From positions 17,435 through 81,434 of the forward strand of contig JALHNH010000018.1 of NCBI GenBank assembly GCA_022843625.1: a stretch of DNA of 64,000 bases, written 5' to 3'. How positions within the stretch are numbered: position 1 is the stretch's first letter; every line of letters begins with the position of its first letter. Shown one piece after another: positions 38,409 through 47,256 of this stretch. The notes under the pieces are model-generated. The model did no database searches. It saw nothing but the letters and a program-made list of their open reading frames with translations, and was not told the origin of the DNA. The translations under genes and the position numbers were made by a program. This stretch comes from Bryobacter sp. Lineage in GTDB: Bacteria; Acidobacteriota; Terriglobia; Bryobacterales; Bryobacteraceae.

Positions 38409-38434
38409 ACAATTCCTCGGATTGGCCGTAGTTC

Positions 38435-39571
38435 TCAGCTCTTCTTGCGCAAGGCATCGATAAGGCGCTCTACCTCACTCATGGTGTTGTAGACAGAGGG
38501 GGCGATGCGGACTCGGTCTTCGTAGAGTTCGATGTTTATCTTTGCTGCATTGAGTTTGGGGCGGAGGGCCATTGCGTTTGGTCTTTTGAAGGAGACGATG
38601 GGGGAGGGGCTGTCTTGCGGGGTCATCGGGGTGAAGCCGAGGGAGGGGAGTTCGGCCTGGAGTTTCTTGAGTAAGGGCTGGCGGTGGGTTTCTATCTTGT
38701 CGATACCCATGCGAGTTAGCCAGGGGAGTGAGTAAGTGAGGGCGGCGATGGTTGTATTTGAGATGGTGCCTACTTCTACTAATGCTGCGGCACCGGTGGC
38801 GCCTTGCTGGCGGTAGCCGATCTGGCTGCGCTTGAAGACGGTGCCTTGCAGGGCTTCTTTGACGTAGAGGAAGCCGACACCCATGTCTCCCATGAGCCAC
38901 TTGTAGCTGGCGCAGGCGGCGAAGTCTACTCCTGAATCCTTCAGGTTGATTGGTACGGCACCGGCGGCCTGGATGATGTCGGCGTAGACGAGGGCTCCCA
39001 TGGCGTGGGCTCGCTCGCAGACGGCTTTGAGGTTGTGCTGGAAGCCGTTGCGCATGGAGACGGCAGAGATGGCGACGAGGCGGGTGTTGCGGTTGATTCG
39101 TTTTTCGAGTTCTTCGAGGGGGATGCGGCCGTCGCGTTCTGGGGCCATTCGAAGTTCAACGCCTGAGTTTGCGTATAGTTCGCGGGAGGGCTCGAAGTGG
39201 AGTGCGTCGGTTACGATGTTGCTGCCGGCGGGGAAGCTGAGGCCGTGGAGGACGAGGTTTTCGCCGGCCATGGTGCTGGGGACGTAGGCGATCTCGGTGG
39301 GCTTGACGCCCATTAAAGAAGCGAAGGATTCGCGTACCTGCTTTTGCATATGCAGGCCGAGGGAGGCATCAACACCGAAGCCGTGGCTTTTGAAGTCAAG
39401 GTACTTGTTGACGGCGGCTCGCGCGCCTGTGCTTAAGGGGTGCCAGTGGGCGTTGTTGAGGCAGACCTCGTCGCGAACGATGGGGAATTCGTTGCGCAGG
39501 TCTGCCTCGGCTTGCGGGCTGAAGGCTCCGGCAGCCAAGCCTGTGGCGATCCAGTTGCGGCGCGAGGTCAT
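38435..39571 (-). CDS. Aminotransferase class V PLP enzyme
   Basis: ADIIQAAG and ASYKWLMG (PLP Lys). RR leader. Confidence 0.9.
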   Translation of the reverse strand: MTSRRNWIATGLAAGAFSPQAEADLRNEFPIVRDEVCLNNAHWHPLSTGARAAVNKYLDFKSHGFGVDASLGLHMQKQVRESFASLMGVKPTEIAYVPSTMAGENLVLHGLSFPAGSNIVTDALHFEPSRELYANSGVELRMAPERDGRIPLEELEKRINRNTRLVAISAVSMRNGFQHNLKAVCERAHAMGALVYADIIQAAGAVPINLKDSGVDFAACASYKWLMGDMGVGFLYVKEALQGTVFKRSQIGYRQQGATGAAALVEVGTISNTTIAALTYSLPWLTRMGIDKIETHRQPLLKKLQAELPSLGFTPMTPQDSPSPIVSFKRPNAMALRPKLNAAKINIELYEDRVRIAPSVYNTMSEVERLIDALRKKS

Positions 39572-39615
39572 GAGACTTATGATGCGCCTTTGTGGACCGG
39601 CTTGGCAATGGGGAC

Positions 39616-40287
39616 TTAGGTGCGTTTGCGGGTGGCGACCAGGGTGAAGAGGCCAGCTGCGAAGAGGAGGCAGGTTGATGGTTCCGGGACGGCGGGTTCA
39701 CTGGCCGGGGTGTATGTAATGAAGAGTTCTCGGGTGAAGCTTGGGCTGTTTGAAGAGTTGAACATCGCCTCGGTGATTCCATTTGCTTTGTTGAGACTGG
39801 TAAGTGCACCGCCGATAGCAAAGACGCCAGATTGGGTATTGAGGTAGCTAAGACCATTTGCGTCGAGGTCAAGCATGAGAACCGTGTTGTTAGTGGATCC
39901 TCCGACTGTACGGGAAGCGAGGGAAGTGCCGGTACCGAGGTCGTCAAAGGCGGAGGCGCCGCCAGATCCGGCAAGTAATGTAGCGACGGGGGTGGTGACG
40001 TCAAAGAGCTGCCAGGTCTCTGTGGGACTGGGGCTCAGGTAGCTTGAATCGCTGCTTTGGAGGCGAAGGGTGGCTGCGGTGATGGTGCCATTGATGCTGC
40101 TGCGATTGAAGACCAGGTATTGGCGGATTTCTACGTTTTCACCGCCGTACCAGCCGATTGCATGGTTGCCCGATGTTATGGTGCCGGCTGGGCGGGCGAA
40201 GCCGAAATCTGTTGAGGAAAGGGTGATCGTTGCGGCTGAGGCAACTTGTAGAGAAATGAGGATGGCGAAGGGAAGGTGTTTTTTCAT
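39616..40287 (-). CDS. PEP-CTERM sorting-domain surface protein
   Basis: Signal peptide and C-terminal VPEPST + TM helix + RKR. Confidence 0.92.
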   Translation of the reverse strand: MKKHLPFAILISLQVASAATITLSSTDFGFARPAGTITSGNHAIGWYGGENVEIRQYLVFNRSSINGTITAATLRLQSSDSSYLSPSPTETWQLFDVTTPVATLLAGSGGASAFDDLGTGTSLASRTVGGSTNNTVLMLDLDANGLSYLNTQSGVFAIGGALTSLNKANGITEAMFNSSNSPSFTRELFITYTPASEPAVPEPSTCLLFAAGLFTLVATRKRT

Positions 40288-40391
40288 ATTTTTTGACGCG
40301 TGGGGCGCCTGAAAGGGATATGCGTCTTCAGAAAGGTAAATCGATCATCCATTTTTAGAAAGTTTGATGACTGGTTGAGATAATCGGAGCG

Positions 40392-41150
40392 ATGCATCGG
40401 CGTGAATGGCTAGCGGTTTGTGGGGCGGCTTCTTTGATGGGCTCAGAGAAGGTGGATGTGATCGCTCATCGCGGGGAACATATCGAGTGTCCGGAGAATA
40501 CGCTACCGGGGATTGAGAAGGCGATTGCGCTGGGGGCGGATTGGGTGGAGATCGATGTGCGGACCAGCAAGGATGGGGCCTTTGTGCTGATGCATGACGC
40601 TGGAGTGGAACGCACTACGGGTGGTAAGGGGCAGGTTGTCGATTTAACTTTAGAGGAGATTCGAAGGCTCGACGCGGGGAGTATGAAGCCGGGCTTTGCC
40701 GGGACGAAAGTGCCTACGCTCGATGAGGCTCTGAGAGGGATGCGGGGGAGGTGTGGAGTTTATCTGGACGCCAAGCGGATTTCAGCTGCGGCTATTGTGA
40801 CCGGGCTAAAGAAGCAGGGGATGCTGGAGCGGTGTGTGGTTTATGGTGGCTTGCCGTTGATGCGGGATTTAACGGGGATGGGGTATGGCTTTCTCGGGAT
40901 GCCGGAGGCGGTATCGGTTGAAGTCTCGAAGCGAATTGTTTCGGAGTTGCAGGTGAGGACGATTGCGTTTGATGCGCGGGATTTCCGGCAGGAGATTGTT
41001 GCGGTGGCGCGGGAGGCCAAGAAGGGGATCTTTGTCGACCGGTTGGGGCCGGCCGACACCAAGGAGTTTTGGCTGGAAGCAGTGAGGATGGGGGCTACGG
41101 GAATCCAGACGGATTACCCGGGCGAGCTAGTCCAGTTGATCAGGCACTAA
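40392..41150 (+). CDS. Glycerophosphodiester phosphodiesterase family
   Basis: IAHRG, PENT, EIDVR, MHD and GIQTDYP motifs. Confidence 0.92.
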   Translation: MHRREWLAVCGAASLMGSEKVDVIAHRGEHIECPENTLPGIEKAIALGADWVEIDVRTSKDGAFVLMHDAGVERTTGGKGQVVDLTLEEIRRLDAGSMKPGFAGTKVPTLDEALRGMRGRCGVYLDAKRISAAAIVTGLKKQGMLERCVVYGGLPLMRDLTGMGYGFLGMPEAVSVEVSKRIVSELQVRTIAFDARDFRQEIVAVAREAKKGIFVDRLGPADTKEFWLEAVRMGATGIQTDYPGELVQLIRH

Positions 41151-42560
41151 TTCGATGTTGGTTTCGCCCGCGGCTTTCTTTTCGGCGTACTTCTTGACCC
41201 AAGCCTCGAAGGAGCGGCCGTCGGCCATGTCGCGGCCGGTGAAGCTGAGTTCTTCTATTTCCGATTGTTCGACGGTGAGCTTGCGGCCTTCGTTCTTGAG
41301 CATGATGCGGAGGCGGGCGTGGCTGGCCTGGCGGTCGTAGACGTAGCCTTCTATGGTGTTTCCGGATTTCAGTTTGATGGTGACGTCGCCGCGGTAGTCG
41401 AAGGCTTGCTCTACGCCTTCAGTGATCGCTTTGCCGGTTGTGGATTGGCCCTGGAGGGTGGTGGACTTGCCTAGGGAGGTGAGGTCGATTTGGACTAGCG
41501 GGGAGACGGGCTTCTCCTGGGCGATCATGCGCAGTGCTTCTTCGTCTTTGTAGGCCGGCAGGAGCATCGACTTGATGGTTGCGAGGATGCCGGGGATCGA
41601 GAAGGTGTAGTGGACGGCGGTGGCTTCGTAACCGGAGTGGAGCATGCAGTTGGTGCACTTGGCGTTGCCGGATTCATAGCCGTATTTGGACCAGTCGGTG
41701 GAATCGAGGAGTTCCTGGTAGGTATCGGCGTAGCCGTCCTGCTGGAGGTAACAGGGCCGCTGCCAGCCGAAGATCGAATAGGCGGGCATGCCCCAGGGGG
41801 TGCATTCGAGGTTGCGCTTGCCCATGAGGAATTCCAGGAAGAGCATGGACATGTTGAATTGCCACTTGGGGTCGCGGTTGGAGAGGAGCTTGCGGAAGAG
41901 GGTCTGGTTGCGCTCGCGGCTGGTGAAGTGTTGTTGATCGGGGGCTTTGTCGTAGGAGTAGCCGGGGGAGATCATCATGCCTTCGACTCCGGCATCCATC
42001 ATCTCGCTGAAGAATTTGCGGATGGACTTGGAATCGACGCCGTCGAAGACCGTGGTGTTGGTGGTGACGCGGAAGCCTTTGGCTACTGCGGCGCGGATGG
42101 CATCGAGGGCGATGTCGTAGCCGCCTTCTTTGCAGACGGAGAAATCGTGGTGATCGCGATCGCCATCCATGTGGACCGAGAACGACAGGTATTTGCTGGG
42201 GGTGAATAGGTGGAGCTTCTCTTTGAGCAGGAGGGCGTTGGTGCAAAGGTAGATGTACTTTTTGCGAGCGACGAGGCCACGGACGATCTCGTCGATTTTG
42301 GGATGCATCAGGGGCTCGCCGCCCGGGATTGAGACGGCAGGCACGCCGGTTTCTTCGACGGCCTGGAAGCATTGCTCGGGGGTGAGGTCCTGCTTCAGGA
42401 TGTGGCCGGGATACTGGATTTTGCCGCAGCCTGCGCAGGCGAGGTTGCAGCGGTAGAGGGGTTCCAACATGAGGACGAGGGGGTATTGCTTGCGGCCTTT
42501 GAGCTTTTGCTTGAGCACGTAGGTGGCAACTGTCCACATCTGTGAAACCGGAATGGGCAT
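41127..42560 (-). CDS. hpnH: Adenosyl-hopene transferase (hopanoid radical SAM enzyme) with extra C-terminal domain
   Basis: YPLVLMLEPLYRCNLACAGCGKI, CTPWGMP, GWQRPCY and KCTNCMLHSGYE motifs. Confidence 0.93.
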   Translation of the reverse strand: MPIPVSQMWTVATYVLKQKLKGRKQYPLVLMLEPLYRCNLACAGCGKIQYPGHILKQDLTPEQCFQAVEETGVPAVSIPGGEPLMHPKIDEIVRGLVARKKYIYLCTNALLLKEKLHLFTPSKYLSFSVHMDGDRDHHDFSVCKEGGYDIALDAIRAAVAKGFRVTTNTTVFDGVDSKSIRKFFSEMMDAGVEGMMISPGYSYDKAPDQQHFTSRERNQTLFRKLLSNRDPKWQFNMSMLFLEFLMGKRNLECTPWGMPAYSIFGWQRPCYLQQDGYADTYQELLDSTDWSKYGYESGNAKCTNCMLHSGYEATAVHYTFSIPGILATIKSMLLPAYKDEEALRMIAQEKPVSPLVQIDLTSLGKSTTLQGQSTTGKAITEGVEQAFDYRGDVTIKLKSGNTIEGYVYDRQASHARLRIMLKNEGRKLTVEQSEIEELSFTGRDMADGRSFEAWVKKYAEKKAAGETNIELVPDQLD

Positions 42561-42610
42561 ATTATTAGGGTACACGAAAGCGAAGTCGCATTCGCGTTTG
42601 GTGGCAATCA

Positions 42611-43222
42611 ATGAGTGGACCTTCAACAAGACGCGCTCCGGTGCAGGCTCGCAGTAGCGAGACAGTGAATACGATTCTCGATGCGGCATCTTCGTTGCTG
42701 GGGCGGGTGCCGTTTGAGCAGATTACGACGAGCCGGATTGCGGAGACGGCGGGGTTGTCGGTGGGTGGACTTTATCGCTTTTACAAAGACAAGCAGGAGA
42801 TCTACGACGCGATTGCGGTGCGGGAGTTGAATACGTTTCGGGAGCAGATTGCGGCTAGCGTGAAGACACGGCATTTGTTGTTTAGCCCGCGGAAATCGCT
42901 GGACCGGATTTTGGATGCTTATGTGGCATTTCTCGATGAGCGGCCGCACTTTCGGGAGTTGGCGCTGGGGCGGCATATTAGTGACCGGACGCGAGAAGAT
43001 CAGTCGGACCCGAATACGGGGCCAGGGGGGATTCTGGAGGATCTGCTGGTGCAGAAGTTTGGGGTGAAGCCGGGAAAGGCATTGCAGTTGCGGATCCGGA
43101 TCGCGGCTGAGGTGGGGGACCGGTTGATTGATTATGCGTACCGGCAGCCTAGCGTGAGGGAGCGCAAGGTGGTGCTGGATGAGTTGAAAGAGATGCTGGC
43201 GAAGTATTTGTTGCGGCTTTAG
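42611..43222 (+). CDS. TetR/AcrR-family regulator
   Basis: HTH IAETAGLSVGGLYRFYKDK. Divergent from hpnH. Confidence 0.92.
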   Translation: MSGPSTRRAPVQARSSETVNTILDAASSLLGRVPFEQITTSRIAETAGLSVGGLYRFYKDKQEIYDAIAVRELNTFREQIAASVKTRHLLFSPRKSLDRILDAYVAFLDERPHFRELALGRHISDRTREDQSDPNTGPGGILEDLLVQKFGVKPGKALQLRIRIAAEVGDRLIDYAYRQPSVRERKVVLDELKEMLAKYLLRL

Positions 43223-44376
43223 TCGAAGCTGGGGATCTTGAGGAGTTCCCCGCCCCGGAGGGCGGACTGGTGAGCGACGATGCCGGGGGCGGTCATGGCT
43301 AGCGACTCGCGGATATTGATGACGGGCTCGCGGCGGTGGCTTAAGGCATCGATGAATTCGTGGGTGATGAAGGTGTGAGAGCCGTCGTGGCCACTGTTCT
43401 TGCGCAGGGGTTCAGGCAGGAGGTCGGTCTGCCACCATTGCTTTTGAGGGAAGGCTTCGATGCGGTGGGCGCGATGGTCGAAGCCGGCGTCGTCTTTGCC
43501 GAGGGTGTTGCGGTTATAGACGGCGGTGGCGGGATTCCAGCCTTGCGTCGCGAGGCTCATTTTGGTGCCGAACCACTGGGCGCGTTCGACTTCTTTGTGA
43601 GCGCCTTTCCACCAGACGGCGAGGCGGTGGGAGTGGCCTTTGTTGGTTTTGAGCAACGCTGTTTCGTTCCAGAAGGGGTTGCGGTAAGCGTTGTCTTTGA
43701 GCATGGGGCTATCGTCGCCCCAACCGTGGCAGGAGACGTTGGTGAAGCGCTCGCCGGTGATGGATGTAAGGAAGGCCGTGCAGTGGGTGGGGTAGTGCAT
43801 GGGAGCGACGCCGTAGCGCCAGGTGCGCTTGCCGTCTTCCATGTAGAGAGTTTCGAGGCCGTCGTGATGGTATTCGCTTTCGCTGTAGTAGATCTCGCCG
43901 AATTTGCCTTGCTTGTAGAGTTCGCGGGCGGAGATGGTGGTTTGGCGGTACCAGGAGGTCTCGGCCATCATGTAGAAGAGGCCGGAGCGCTGGACGGCGT
44001 CTTTGAGGGCGTGACATTGATCGAGGGTGGCCCAGGCGGCGGGGACGGCGCTGAGAACGTGTTTGCCGTTTTTGAGGGCGAGGGTGGCTTGTTCAACGTG
44101 GAGGGGGGCGTCGGTGAAGAGGCAGACGGCTTCGATGCTGGGATCGCGGACGAGTTCGGCTAGCGAGGGGTAGGTTTTGGCGCAGCGGTAGGTTTTAGAG
44201 AGGGCTTCGCGGCGGTCTGCGCGGAGGTCAGAGACGGCTTCGACGATGCAGTCCGGGTGGTCTTGAAATTGGAAGCTGAGGCCGAAGCGGCCGCCGACGA
44301 TACCGATGCGGACTTTACGGGGTGAGGTGTCGGCGGCTGAGAGGAGCGAGGCAGCGTTGAAGTCGCGGCGAGTCAT
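43219..44376 (-). CDS. Gfo/Idh/MocA oxidoreductase
   Basis: IGIVGGRFG Rossmann fold, GKHVLSAVP and YPTH. Confidence 0.88.
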   Translation of the reverse strand: MTRRDFNAASLLSAADTSPRKVRIGIVGGRFGLSFQFQDHPDCIVEAVSDLRADRREALSKTYRCAKTYPSLAELVRDPSIEAVCLFTDAPLHVEQATLALKNGKHVLSAVPAAWATLDQCHALKDAVQRSGLFYMMAETSWYRQTTISARELYKQGKFGEIYYSESEYHHDGLETLYMEDGKRTWRYGVAPMHYPTHCTAFLTSITGERFTNVSCHGWGDDSPMLKDNAYRNPFWNETALLKTNKGHSHRLAVWWKGAHKEVERAQWFGTKMSLATQGWNPATAVYNRNTLGKDDAGFDHRAHRIEAFPQKQWWQTDLLPEPLRKNSGHDGSHTFITHEFIDALSHRREPVINIRESLAMTAPGIVAHQSALRGGELLKIPSFD

Positions 44377-44378
44377 GG

Positions 44379-45788
44379 TTATGCGGCCGTGCCCATTTTA
44401 CATTCGGCGTGGACGGCTTTGACGGCGCGTTCGAGGCCGTCGCGGCGGACTACGATCGAGATCGTGAGTTCGCTAGAGCCTTGAGCGATAGCGATGATGT
44501 TGACTTGTTCGGCAGAAATGGCTGTGAATACGCGGCCGGCGAGGCCTGGGTGGCCGGCCATACCTTCGCCTACTACGGCGAGCAAGCCTACGTTGTCGTC
44601 TACTTCGATCGGGTGGACGTATTCGTGGGCTAGCTCGAGGCTGAGCTCGGCTTTGAGGGATTCGAGAGCGGCATCGACTTCGTCCTTGCGAATGAGAAAG
44701 CAGAAGGATTGACGGTAGCTGGAAGAGGTGAAGGCCAGGACTTCGGTGTTGGCGCGGCCGAGGGCTTCGAGGACACGGCCCATGAGCATGGTGCCCTGTA
44801 TGGCGGGGCTGGCTGGTTCGATCGAGATCAGCGCGACGTTGCTCATTGAGGTAACAGCGCGGGGACCGGAACCTTCGGCGTGGGGGACAATTTTGGTGCC
44901 TGGAGCGCTTAGGTTGAAGCTGTTCTTGGACCAGACAGGGATGCCTTTTTCTACCAGCGGCGCGATGGTGCGGGGGTGGAGGACTTTGGCTCCGTTGTAG
45001 GCGAGTTCTGCAGCTTCGCGGTAGGTAACGACGTCGAGGACGGCGGCGTCGGGGACGAGGCGTGGGTCGGCACTCATGATGCCATCAACGTCGGTCCAGA
45101 TCCAGAGTTCCTGGGCGTCAAGGGCACTGGCCAGGATGGAAGCGCTGAAGTCTGAGCCACCGCGGCCGAGGGTGGTGGGTTTGCCGTCTACGGTTGCGCC
45201 GTTGAAGCCGGTGATGACGGGGAGGATGCCGCTTTCGAGCTTGGGGGCGAGGAGTCTGGAGGCGCGCTCGCGAGTGAGATCCATGAGTGGGGATGCATTG
45301 CCGAAGATGCCGTCAGTGACGATTACGTCGCGTGCGTTGACGGCAATGGAGGGGGTGCCGCTTGAGTCGAGGCAGGCGGCCATTAAGGTTGCGCTCAGGC
45401 GTTCGCCGATGGCGAGGGCTTCGTCGACGCTGCGGGGTGGACGCTCGGCGAGCATGAGGATGCCGCTGGAGATGCGTTCGAATTCTTCGATGAGAGCGTG
45501 GATCGAGGCGAGAACGCTTTCGCGGCGATTTTCAGGGAGGAGTTCGCGGCAGGTCTCAGCGTGGCGCTTTTCGATGATGCGGATGTTTTCTTTAACGCCA
45601 TCGTGATCGCCTTCCTCGGCAGCGCGGAGGGTGGAAAGGAGCAAGTCTGTGACTTTACTCATGGCCGAGACGACGATGGCGACGGGGCCGCGGTTTTGCG
45701 CATCGGCACAGATTTGGGCGGCAATGCGCATGCGGTCGGCGGAGCCCATTGAGGTGCCGCCAAATTTCATTACGAGGAGGTCGTTCAA
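44379..45788 (-). CDS. lysC: Aspartate kinase with two ACT domains
   Basis: KFGGTS, TTLGRGGSD, WTDVDG and GAKVLHP motifs. Confidence 0.94.
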   Translation of the reverse strand: MNDLLVMKFGGTSMGSADRMRIAAQICADAQNRGPVAIVVSAMSKVTDLLLSTLRAAEEGDHDGVKENIRIIEKRHAETCRELLPENRRESVLASIHALIEEFERISSGILMLAERPPRSVDEALAIGERLSATLMAACLDSSGTPSIAVNARDVIVTDGIFGNASPLMDLTRERASRLLAPKLESGILPVITGFNGATVDGKPTTLGRGGSDFSASILASALDAQELWIWTDVDGIMSADPRLVPDAAVLDVVTYREAAELAYNGAKVLHPRTIAPLVEKGIPVWSKNSFNLSAPGTKIVPHAEGSGPRAVTSMSNVALISIEPASPAIQGTMLMGRVLEALGRANTEVLAFTSSSYRQSFCFLIRKDEVDAALESLKAELSLELAHEYVHPIEVDDNVGLLAVVGEGMAGHPGLAGRVFTAISAEQVNIIAIAQGSSELTISIVVRRDGLERAVKAVHAECKMGTAA

Positions 45789-46474
45789 GGTACGAGTGCC
45801 TTTCCGTTGCTGGTTTTGGATCTGATGATGCGGAGGATTTCTTCTTCCACCTCGCTTGCACTGAGGTTGGAGGAATCGAGGTAGGTGGCGTCGCCGGCTT
45901 GCATCAAGGGCGAGGCGGCGCGGTTACGATCTCGAGAGTCGCGATCTTCTATCTGTTGGCGGAGAAGGTCGAGATCAAAGGGAATCTGTTTTGTGGTGAG
46001 TTCTTCGGCGCGGCGCTGGGCGCGGACATCGGTGTTTGCGTCGAGGTAGATTTTGACTTCGGCATCGGGAAAGACGATCGTACCGATGTCGCGGCCTTCC
46101 ATCACAATGCTGGAGCGATCAGCGATCTCGCGCTGGAGGGTGACCATGGCGCGGCGAACGCCCGGTATTGCGGCGACTTCACTGGCGGCAGTGGCCACTG
46201 CAGGAGTGCGGATTTCGGCACTGACGTCTTCGCCATTGAGGAGGAGGCGGTTTTCGCCTGGGAGGAATTCGATTTTTGCGTGGTGGGCCAGGGCTTCCAG
46301 ACGGTGGGCGTCATCGGTTGGGATTGACTGGCGTATGGCCCAGAGGGCGACAGCGCGGTACATGGCGCCGGTATCGATGTAGACGGCGCCAATGCGCTCT
46401 GCAACCCGGCGGGCAAGGGTGCTCTTCCCTGCTCCGGCTGGGCCATCAATGGCGACAATGAGGCGTTTCGACAT
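45785..46474 (-). CDS. cmk: Cytidylate kinase
   Basis: AIDGPAGAGKST, DTGAMYR and EGRDIGT motifs. Confidence 0.96.
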   Translation of the reverse strand: MSKRLIVAIDGPAGAGKSTLARRVAERIGAVYIDTGAMYRAVALWAIRQSIPTDDAHRLEALAHHAKIEFLPGENRLLLNGEDVSAEIRTPAVATAASEVAAIPGVRRAMVTLQREIADRSSIVMEGRDIGTIVFPDAEVKIYLDANTDVRAQRRAEELTTKQIPFDLDLLRQQIEDRDSRDRNRAASPLMQAGDATYLDSSNLSASEVEEEILRIIRSKTSNGKALVP

Positions 46475-46494
46475 GATTCCTCATCATTATCTCG

Positions 46495-46857
46495 TCAATC
46501 GAGGGTTATGCCTGATCGAATTCGATATTCTTCGAGCGGGGTGCCAGAGATGAGGTGGCTCTGGATGATTTGTTCGAGGACGTCTGGAGTTGCCGAGTGA
46601 TACCAGATGCCTTCTGGATAGACGACAGCGATGGGACCTTGTTCGCAAACGCGGAGACAGTTGGCCTTAGTGCGAAAGACGATCTGGTCACCCTGGGTGA
46701 GGCCTAGCTCGACGAGGCGGCGCTTGAGAAAATTCCAGGATTCCAAGCCTTGTTCTTTGTTGCAGCACTTGGGTTCGGTCTGGTCGGCACAGAGAAAAAT
46801 GTGGCGCTGGATGCGGGAGATGCCGAGGGCGTTGGCAATCTGAGTGAGTCTTTCCAT
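46495..46857 (-). CDS. Thioredoxin-like [2Fe-2S] ferredoxin
   Basis: HIFLC..KCC and [20 protein letters not shown]. Confidence 0.9.
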   Translation of the reverse strand: MERLTQIANALGISRIQRHIFLCADQTEPKCCNKEQGLESWNFLKRRLVELGLTQGDQIVFRTKANCLRVCEQGPIAVVYPEGIWYHSATPDVLEQIIQSHLISGTPLEEYRIRSGITLD

Positions 46858-46890
46858 CGAAAAGGCATTTTACATGGTTACAATCAAGAC

Positions 46891-47256
46891 ATGAAACGTA
46901 CACTTGCAGGTTTTGCGCTTGGCGCAGTTTTGATGTTTGGTGCCAATAAGGCAGTGGATGAAGCCAAGGGCCTGATGAAGAACAAGAAGTTTGAAGAAGC
47001 TGTTGCGGTGCTTGAGCCTGCTGCCAAGGCTGCTCCCAAGGACGCGGCCGTCAAGGCAGCGATGGTGGAAGCGTTAATGGGCAATGGCGACACTTATATG
47101 TACAACGAGAAGCTGCCCCCGTTCAAGAAGTATCCTGCTGCGCTGAAGAGCTATCGCCGTGTTCTCGAATTCGACAAGACCAACCAGAAGGCCAAGGACA
47201 ATGTGTCGATGATCGAAGGCATCTATAAGAGCATGGGCCGCCCGGTTCCTCAATAG
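46891..47256 (+). CDS. Small secreted TPR-like protein
   Basis: Signal peptide and helical repeats. TACAAT lies 6 nt before the ATG. Confidence 0.75.
   Translation: MKRTLAGFALGAVLMFGANKAVDEAKGLMKNKKFEEAVAVLEPAAKAAPKDAAVKAAMVEALMGNGDTYMYNEKLPPFKKYPAALKSYRRVLEFDKTNQKAKDNVSMIEGIYKSMGRPVPQ

Noticed and set aside
40288-40391. Sigma54 promoter upstream of the PEP-CTERM gene
   Set aside because: No TGGCAC-N5-TTGC-like motif found on the minus strand.
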